Positions 55,802 to 64,000 of a stretch of 64,000 nt of DNA are shown here, piece after piece (within the stretch, counting starts at the first letter, position 1; every line of letters begins with the position of its first letter). The stretch is from Heptranchias perlo (lineage: Eukaryota): assembly GCF_035084215.1 (NCBI RefSeq), contig NW_027138903.1, positions 558,001-622,000 of the forward strand, read 5' to 3'. Position numbers and translations under genes: made by a program. Below the pieces are notes generated by a model. That model was given only the letters and a program-made list of their open reading frames with translations. It did no database searches and was not told where the DNA came from.

Positions 55802-55981
55802 CCCCGCCCTGCTCCACCCCCGCTCTGTCACCCTCAGTGATATTCTTGATCTTTGTTTCCTGCTCTGTTATTTGCCCCTGAGACTTCCTGGGACTTTCCA
55901 CAACAGCATTATCTGATCGGTGCTCCAAATCAACAGTGTGCTGCTGGGGAGGGCGGAGACTTGCTGGCTCAGGGAATTACC
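55802..55981. promoter_or_regulatory. Candidate regulatory island (ETS + NF-kB + GC boxes)
   Basis: ACTTCCTG (55883-55890) overlaps a perfect kB site GGGACTTTCC (55890-55899). Also CCCCGCCC at 55802, GGGCGG at ~55951 and kB-like GGGAATTACC at 55972. Confidence 0.4.
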
Positions 55982-56027
55982 GGAAAGTTCAAACCCGGGA
56001 CCAGCTCCATTCACCAGATACTGAGAC

Positions 56028-56195
56028 CTCTCCTCAGGTACTGTCCCCCTCCCCTTCAAATCTGCCGTCATCACCCCACTCCTCAAAATACACACCCTTG
56101 GCCCCTCTGTTCCTGCCCCATCTCCAACCTCCCTTTCCTCTCCAAAGTCCTTAAACGTGTTGTCGCCTCCCAAATCTGTGCTCATCTTTCCCGCC
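56028..56195 (+). mobile_element. L2-clade LINE RT fragment
   Basis: LSSGTVPLPFKSAVITPLLK...PISNLPFLSKVLKRVVASQI is typical of L2 ORF2. Confidence 0.7.
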
Positions 56196-56196
56196 A

Positions 56197-57398
56197 GAAA
56201 TCCCAAGAAAACTAATATTGAATCGGGGACAGGGATTCGATGAAATTAACATAAGTAAAGCAACAGTAAAGAAAATAATAGCACTGAAGAGTGACAAATC
56301 CCCAGGACCAGATGGTTTCCATCCCAGGGTTTTAAAGGAAGTAGGTGAGCACATTGCGGATGCCCTAACTATAATCTTTCAAAGTTCTCTAGATTCAGGA
56401 ACTGTCCCTCTAGATTGCAAAATTGCACATGTCACTCCGCTTTTTAAGAAAGGAGAGAGAGGGAAACCAGGGAATTATAGACCAGTTAGCCTAACATCTG
56501 TTGTGGGGAAAATGCTGGAGTCTATAATTAAGGATAGGGTGACTGAACACCTCGAGAATTTTCAGTTAATCAGAGAGCCAGCATGGATTTGTGAAAGGTA
56601 GGTCGTGCCTGACAAACCTGAATTTTTTGAAGAGGTGACTAAAGTAGTGGGCAGGGGAATGTCAATGGATGTTATTTTTATGGACTTCCAGAAGGCATTT
56701 GATAAGGTCCCACATAAGAGACTGTTAGCTAAGATAGAAGCCCATGGAATCGAGGGAAAAGTACAGACTTGGTTAGGAAGTTAGCTGAGCGAAAGGCGAC
56801 AGAGAGTAGGGATAATGGGTAGGTACTCACATTGGCAGGATGTAGCTAGTGGAGTCCCGCAGGGATCTGTCTTGGGGCCTCAATTATTCACAATATTTAT
56901 TAACGACTTAGATGAAGGCATAGAAAATCACATATCTAAGTTTGCCGATGACACAAAGATTGGTGGCATTGTAAGCAGGTAGATGAAAACATAAAATTAC
57001 AAAGCGATATTGATAGATTAGGTGAATGGGCAAAACTGTGGCAAATGGAATTCAATGTAGACAAATGTGAGGTCATCCACTTTGGATCAAAAAAGGATAG
57101 AACAGGGTACTTTCTAAATGGTAAAAAGTTAAAAACAGTGGATGTCCAAAGGGACTTAGGGGTTCAGGTACATAGATCATTGAAGTGTCATGAACAGGTG
57201 CAGAAAATAATCAAGAAGGCTAATGGAATGCTGGCCTTTATATCTAGAGGACTAGAGTACAAGGGGGCAGAAGTTATGCTGCAGCTATACAAAACCCTGG
57301 TTAGACCGCACCTGGAGTACTGTGAGCAGTTCTGGGCACCGCACCTTCGGAAGGACATATTGGCCTTGGAGGGAGTGCAGCGTAGGTTTACTAGAATG
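56197..57398 (+). mobile_element. CR1 LINE RT fragment, 3'-truncated at the GT-rich array
   Basis: [51 protein letters not shown]...VQRRFTRM; several frameshifts and stops. Confidence 0.93.
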
Positions 57399-59655
57399 AG
57401 TGTGGGAGTGAGTGTGTGAGAATGTGTTTGTGTGTGAGTGAGTATGTATGAGAATGTGTTTGTGTGTGAGAATGTGTTTGTGTGTGAGAATGTGTTTGTG
57501 TGTGAGTGTGGGAGTGAGTGTGTGAGAATGTGTTTGTGTGTGAGAATGTGTTTGTGTGTGAGAATGTGTTTGTGTGTGAGTGTGGGAGTGAGTGTGTGAG
57601 AATGTGTTTGTGTGTGAGTGTGGGAGTGAGTGTGGGAGTGAGTGTGTGAGAATGTGTTTGTGTGTGAGAATGTGTTTGTGTGTGAGTGTGGGAGTGAGTA
57701 TGTGAGAATGTGTTTGTGTGTGAGTGAGTGTGTGAGAATGTGTTTGTGTGTGAGTGAGTGTGTGTGAGAATGTGTTTGTGTGTGAGTGTGGGAGTGAGTG
57801 TGTGAGAATGTGTTTGTGTGGGAGTATGTGTGAGAATGTGTTTGTGTGTGAGAATGTGTTTGTGTGTGAGTGTGGGAGTGAGTATGTGAGAATGTGTTTG
57901 TGTGTGAGTGAGTGTGTGAGAATGTGTTTGTGTGTGAGTGAGTGTGTGTGAGAATGTGTTTGTGTGTGAGTGTGGGAGTGAGTGTGTGAGAATGTGTTTG
58001 TGTGTGAGTGTGGGAGTGAGTATGTGAGAATGTGTTTGTGTGTGAGTGAGTGTGTGAGAATGTGTTTGTGTGTGAGTGAGTGTGTGTGAGAATGTGTTTG
58101 TGTGTGAGTGTGGGAGTGAGTGTGTGAGAATGTGTTTGTGTGGGAGTGTGGGAGTGAGTGTGTGAGAATGTGTTTGTGTGTGAGTATGGGAGTGAGTGTG
58201 TGTGGGAATGTGTTTATGTGTGAGTGTGGGAGTGAGTGTGTGAGAATGTGTTTGTGTGTGAGTGTGGGAGTGAGTGTGTGTGAGAATGTGTTTGTGTGTG
58301 AGTGTGGGAGTGAGTGTGTGAGAATGTGTTTGTGTGTGAGTGAGTATGTGTGAGAATGTGTTTGTGTGTGAGAATGTGTTTGTGTGTGAGTGTGGGAGTG
58401 AGTGCGTGAGAATGTGTTTGTGTGTGAGTGTGTGAGTGAGTGTGTGTGAGAATGTGTTTGTGTGTGAGTGTGGGAGTGAGTGTGTGAGAATGTGTTTGTG
58501 TGTGAGTGTGGGAGTGAGTGTGTGTGAGAATGTGTTTATGTGTGAGTGTGGGAGTGAGTGTGTGAGAATGTGTTTGTGTGTGAGTGTGGGAGTGAGTGTG
58601 TGAGAATGTGTTTGTGTGTGAGTGTGGGAGTGAGTGTGTGAGAATGTGTTTGTGTGTGAGTGTGGGAGTGAGTGTGTGTGAGAATGTGTTTATGTGTGAG
58701 TGTGGGAGTGAGTGTGTGAGAATGTGTTTGTGTGTGAGTGTGGGAGTGAGTGTGTGAGAATGTGTTTGTGTGTGAGTGTGGGAGTGAGTGTGTGAGAATG
58801 TGTTTGTGTGTGAGTGTGGGAGTGAGTGTGTGAGAATGTGTTTGTGTGTGAGTGTGGGAGTGAGTGTGTGAGAATGTGTTTGTGTGTGAGTGTGGGAGTG
58901 AGTGTGTGAGAATGTGTTTGTGTGTGAGTGTGGGAGTGAGTGTGTGTGAGAATGTGTTTATGTGTGAGTGTGGGAGTGAGTGTGTGAGAATGTGTTTGTG
59001 TGTGAGTGTGGGAGTGAGTGTGTGAGAATGTGTTTGTGTGTGAGTGTGGGAGTGAGTGTGTGAGAATGTGTTTGTGTGTGAGTGTGGGAGTGAGTGTGTG
59101 AGAATGTGTTTGTGTGTGAGTGTGGGAGTGAGTGTGTGAGAATGTGTTTGTGTGTGAGTGTGGGAGTGAGTGTGTGAGAATGTGTTTGTGTGTGAGTGTG
59201 GGAGTGAGTGTGTGTGAGAATGTGTTTGTGTGTGAGTGTGGGAGTGAGTGTGTGAGAATGTGTTTGTGTGTGAGTGTGGGAGTGAGTGTGTGAGAATGTG
59301 TTTGTGTGAGAATGTGTTTGTGTGAGTGTGGGAGTGAGTGTGTGAGAATGTGTGAGTGTGGGAGTGAGTGTGTGAGAATGTGTTTGTGTGAGAATGTGTT
59401 TGTGTGAGTGTGGGAGTGAGTGTGTGAGAATGTGTGAGTGTGGGAGTGTGGGAGTGAGTGTGTGAGAATGTGTTTGTGTGTGAGTGAGTGTGTGAGAATG
59501 TGTTTGTGTGTGAGTGTGGGAGTGAGTGTGTGTGAGAATGTGTTTGTGTGTGAGTGTGGGAGTGAGTGTGTGTGAGAATGTGTTTGTGTGTGAGTGTGTG
59601 AGTGAGTGTGTGACAATGTGTTTGTGTGCAAGTATGCGAGAGTGAGTGTGTGTAG
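57399..59655. repeat. GT-rich ~38-40-bp compound minisatellite
   Basis: Unit GAGAATGTGTTTGTGTGTGAGTGTGGGAGTGAGTGTGT with variable TG counts; almost no C on the + strand. Confidence 0.95.
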
Positions 59656-59748
59656 TGGAGTTTGACATGTTGCTATTGTCACACAAATAAGAGTGTGTTT
59701 TGCGCTCTCTCTCGGGCTCTCACATGGTTGATCATTTCTGAGAGCTAT

Positions 59749-59873
59749 TTCTGGGAATCAGTGTGGCAGAAAGTCCCTGTGACGGAGAGTGTGAGCTTTC
59801 AGTTTCAGGGTATACCGTACAGTCCAACCAACCAATAGAAATCAGACAGTCCGCAGCATCAGCAGTTACTGTG
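59749..59873. promoter_or_regulatory. Interferon/NF-kB/MHC-type regulatory cluster (GAS, kB, ISRE, inverted X-Y module)
   Basis: GAS TTCTGGGAA 59749-59757; kB GGGACTTTCT (minus) 59768-59777; ISRE GAAACTGAAAGC (minus) 59795-59806; CCAAT 59832-59836; X-like CACAGTAACTGCTG (minus) 59860-59873, 20 bp from the Y octamer. Confidence 0.65.
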
Positions 59874-59974
59874 TAAACCCTACAATCCATCTGCTGTTCC
59901 TATCACTCCCGGGGGGTAAACTCAGGCACAACATGAAGGTCATGTTCCTCTCCCTCTCCCTTGCCCCCTCCCCC

Positions 59975-62900
59975 CTCTCTCTCGATCTCGCCCTCTCCCT
60001 CTCCCGATCTCGCCCTCTCCCTCTCTCGATCTCGCCCTCTCCCTCTCTCGATCTCGCCCTCTCCCTCTCTCGATCTCGCCCTCTCCCTCTCTCAATCTCG
60101 CCCTCTCCCTCTCCCGATCTCGCCCTCATCCTCTCCCGATCTCGCCCTCATCCTCTCCCGATCTCGCCCTCTCCCTCTCCCGATCTCGCCCCCTCCCTCT
60201 CCCGATCTCGCCCTCTCCCTCTCCCGATCTCGCCCCCTCCCTCTCCCGATCTCGCCCTCTCCCTCTCTCTCGATCTCGCCCTCTCCCTCTCTCGATCTCG
60301 CCCTCTCCCTCTCCCGATCTCGCCCTCTCCCTCTCTCGATCTCGCCCTCATCCTCTCCCGATCTCGCCCTCTCCCTCTCTCGATCTCGCCCTCTCCCTCT
60401 CCCGATCTCGCCCCCTCCCTCTCCCGATCTCGCCCCCTCCCTCTCCCGATCTCGCCCCCTCCCTCTCCCTCTCCCGATCTCGCCCTCATCCTCTCCCGAT
60501 CTCGCCCTCTCCCTCTCCCGATCTCGCCCCCTCCCTCTCCCGATCTCGCCCCCTCCCTCTCCCGATCTCGCCCCCTCCCTCTCCCTCTCCCGATCTCGCC
60601 CTCTCCCTCTCTCGATCTCGCCCTCTCCCTCTCCCGATCTCGCCCCCTCCCTCTCCCTCTCCCGATCTCGCCCCCTCCCTCTCCCTCTCCCGATCTCGCC
60701 CTCATCCTCTCTCGATCTCGCCCTCTCCCTCTCTCGATCTCGCCCTCTCCCTCTCTCGATCTCGCCCTCTCCCTCTCTCGATCTCGCCCTCTCCCTCTCT
60801 CGATCTCGCCCTCTCCCTCTCTCGATCTCGCCCTCTCCCTCTCCCGATCTCGCCCTCATCCTCTCCCGATCTCGCCCTCTCCCTCTCTCGATCTCGCCCT
60901 CTCCCTCTCTCGATCTCGCCCTCTCCCTCTCTCGATCTCGCCCTCTCCCTCTCTCGATCTCGCCCTCTCCCTCTCCCGATCTCGCCCTCATCCTCTCCCG
61001 ATCTCGCCCTCTCCCTCTCTCGATCTCGCCCCCTCCCTCTCCCGATCTCGCCCCCTCCCTCTCCCGATCTCGCCCCCTCCCTCTCCCTCTCCCGATCTCG
61101 CCCTCTCCCTCTTCCGATCTCGCCCTCTCCCTCTCTCGATCTCGCCCTCTCCCTCTCCCGATCTCGCCCTCTCCCTCTCCCGATCTCGCCCTCTCCCTCT
61201 CCCGATCTCGCCCTCTCCCGATCTCGCCCTCTCCCTCTTCCGATCTCGCCCTCTCCCTCTCTCGATCTCGCCCTCTCCCTCTCCCGATCTCGCCCTCATG
61301 CTCTCCCGATCTCGCCCTCTCCCTCTCTCGATCTCGCCCTCTCCCTCTCTCGATCTCGCCCTCTCCCTCTCTCGATCTCGCCCTCTCCCTCTCCCTCTCC
61401 CGATCTCGCCCTCTCCCTCTCCCGATCTCGCCCTCATCCTCTCCCGATCTCGCCCTCTCCCTCTCTCGATCTCGCCCTCTCCCTCTCTCGATCTCGCCCT
61501 CTCCCTCTCTCGATCTCGCCCTCTCCCTCTCCCGATCTCGCCCTCTCCCTCTCTCGATCTCGCCCTCTCCCTCTCTCGATCTCGCCCTCTCCCTCTCCCG
61601 ATCTCGCCCTCTCCCTCTCTCGATCTCGCCCTCTCCCTCTCTCGATCTCGCCCTCATCCTCTCCCGATCTCGCCCTCATCCTCTCCCGATCTCGCCCTCT
61701 CCCTCTCCCGATCTCGCCCTCTCCCTCTCTCGATCTCGCCCTCTCCCTCTCCCGATCTCGCCCTCTCCCTCTCCCGATCTCGCCCTCTCCCTCTCTCGAT
61801 CTCGCCCTCTCCCTCTCTCGATCTCGCCCTCTCCCGATCTCGCCCTCTCCCTCTCTCGATCTCGCCCTCATCCTCTCTCGATCTCGCCCTCTCCCTCTCT
61901 CGATCTCGCCCCCTCCCTCTCCCGATCTCGCCCTCTCCCTCTCCCGATCTCGCCCTCTCCCTCTCTCGATCTCGCCCTCATCCTCTCCCGATCTCGCCCT
62001 CTCCCTCTCCGATCTCGCCCTCTCCCTCTCCCGATCTCGCCCTCTCCCTCTCCCGATCTCGCCCTCTCCCTCTCTCGATCTCGCCCTCTCCCTCTCTCGA
62101 TCTCGCCCCCTCCCTCTTCCGATCTCGCCCTCAACCTCTCCCGATCTCGCCCTCTCCCTCTCCCGATCTCGCCCCCTCCCTCTCTCGATCTCGCCCCCTC
62201 CCTCTCCCGATCTCGCCCCCTCCCTCTCTCGATCTCGCCCTCTCCCTCTCCCGATCTCGCCCTCTCCCTCACCCGATCTCGCCCCCTCCCTCTCTCGATC
62301 TCGCCCTCTCCCTCTCCCGATCTCGCCCTCTCCCTCTCCCGATCTCGCCCTCTCCCTCTCCCGATCTCGCCCTCTCCCTCTCCCGATCTCGCCCTCTCCC
62401 TCCTCCCTCTTCCGATCTCGCCCTCTCCCTCTCTCGATCTCGCCCTCTCCCTCTCCCGATCTCGCCCTCTCCCTCTCCCGATCTCGCCCTCTCCCTCTCT
62501 CGATCTCGCCCTCTCCCTCTCCCGATCTCGCCCCCTCCCTCCCTCGATCTCGCCCTCTCCCTCTCCCGATCTCGCCCTCTCCCTCTCCCGATCTCGCCCC
62601 CTCCCGATCTCGCCCCTCCCTCTCTCGATCTCGCCCTCTCCCTCTCCCGATCTCGCCCTCTCCCTCTCTCGATCTCGCCCTCTCCCTCTCCCGATCTCGC
62701 CCTCTCCCTCTCTCGATCTCGCCCCCTCCCTCTCCCGATCTCGCCCTCTCCCTCTCCCGATCTCGCCCTCTCCCTCTCCCGATCTCGCCCTCTCCCTCTC
62801 CCGATCTCGCCCTCTCCCTCTCCCTCTCTCGATCTCGCCCTCTCCCTCTCTTGATCTCGCCCCCTCCCTCTTCCGATCTCGCCCTCTCCCTCTCTCGATC

Positions 62901-64000
62901 TCGCCCTCTCCCTCTCCCGATCTCGCCCCCTCCCTCTCTCGATCTCGCCCTCTCCCTCTCCCGATCTCGCCCTCTCCCTCTCTCGATCTCGCCCTCTCCC
63001 TCTCCCGATCTCGCCCTCTCCCTCTCTCGATCTCGCCCTCTCCCTCTCCCGATCTCGCCCCCTCCCTCTCTCGATCTCGCCCTCTCCCTCTCCCGATCTC
63101 GCCCCCTCCCGATCTCGCCCCCTCCCTCTCTCGATCTCGCCCTCTCCCTCTCCCGATCTCGCCCTCTCCCTCTCTCGATCTCGCCCTCTCCCTCTCCCGA
63201 TCTCGCCCTCTCCCTCTCTCGATCTCGCCCCCTCCCTCTCTCGATCTCGCCCTCTCCCTCTCTCGATCTCGCCCTCTCCCTCTCCCGATCTCGCCCTCTC
63301 CCTCTCCCGATCTCGCCCCCTCCCTCTCTCGATCTCGCCCTCTCCCTCTCTCGATCTCGCCCTCTCCCTCTCCCGATCTCGCCCTCTCCCTCTCCCGATC
63401 TCGCCCCCTCCCTCTCCCGATCTCGCCCTCTCCCTCTCCCGATCTCGCCCTCTCCCTCTCCCGATCTCGCCCCTCCCTCTTCCGATCTCGCCCTCATCCT
63501 CTCCCGATCTCGCCCTCTCCCTCTTCGATCTCGCCCTCATCCTCTCCCGATCTCGCCCTCTCCCTCTCCCGATCTCGCCCCCTCCCTCTCCCGATCTCGC
63601 CCTCTCCCTCTCCCGATCTCGCCCTCTCCCTCTCCCGATCTCGCCCCCTCCCTCTTCCGATCTCGCCCTCATCCTCTCTCGATCTCGCCCTCTCCCTCTC
63701 CCTCTCCCGATCTCGCCCCCTCCCTCTCCCGATCTCGCCCTCATCCTCTCCCGATCTCGCCCCCTCCCTCTCCCGATCTCGCCCCCTCCCTCTTCCGATC
63801 TCGCCCTCATCCTCTCCCGATCTCGCCCTCATCCTCTCCCGATCTCGCCCTCTCCCTCTCTCGATCTCGCCCCCTCCCTCTTCCGATCTCGCCCTCTCCC
63901 TCTCCCGATCTCGCCCTCTCCCTCTCCCGATCTCGCCCCCTCCCTCTCTCGATCTCGCCCCCTCCCTCTCCCGATCTCGCCCTCTCCCTCTCTCGATCTC
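59975..64000. repeat. 22-bp polypyrimidine minisatellite, open at the right window edge
   Basis: Unit CGATCTCGCCCTCTCCCTCTC(C/T). Confidence 0.97.

Noticed and set aside
55757-56030. Minus-strand exon ending at a GTAAGT donor (55762)
   Set aside because: All three frames contain stops shortly before the donor, so it is not a coding exon. A non-coding exon cannot be excluded.
59933-63832. SR/RS-rich or RE-rich proteins from the 22-bp array
   Set aside because: All frames are open because of low complexity, and there is no RRM or other domain. Only the first few codons are noted as a possible exon start.
41900-64000. BRD2/RING3 or other MHC genes expected near shark B2M
   Set aside because: No bromodomain, MHC, TAP or proteasome-like coding sequence is recognisable in this window.

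Overview
Vertebrate DNA, almost certainly a cartilaginous fish (shark-type CR1 LINEs, a Deu-domain SINE, a Penelope fragment and a shark-like B2M protein). The only supported protein-coding gene is beta-2-microglobulin (B2M, + strand, CDS join 36348-36396, 39210-39482, 40651-40667; 112 aa), with a non-coding fourth exon. Its promoter carries an ISRE and an exactly spaced X-20 bp-Y MHC enhanceosome module. About three quarters of the window is tandem repeat, at least ten different minisatellites including a >32 kb 33-bp array, and these explain all the very long low-complexity ORFs. Most LINE fragments sit inside or against these arrays. The most notable unexplained structures are: a second GAS/kB/ISRE/X-Y cluster at ~59.75-59.87 kb with no visible gene; a reconstructable 3.4 kb inversion that split a CR1 and left an inverted duplication; a CR1 amplified three times inside the 33-bp array with its empty site still present; and a minimal hammerhead ribozyme in the Penelope fragment.
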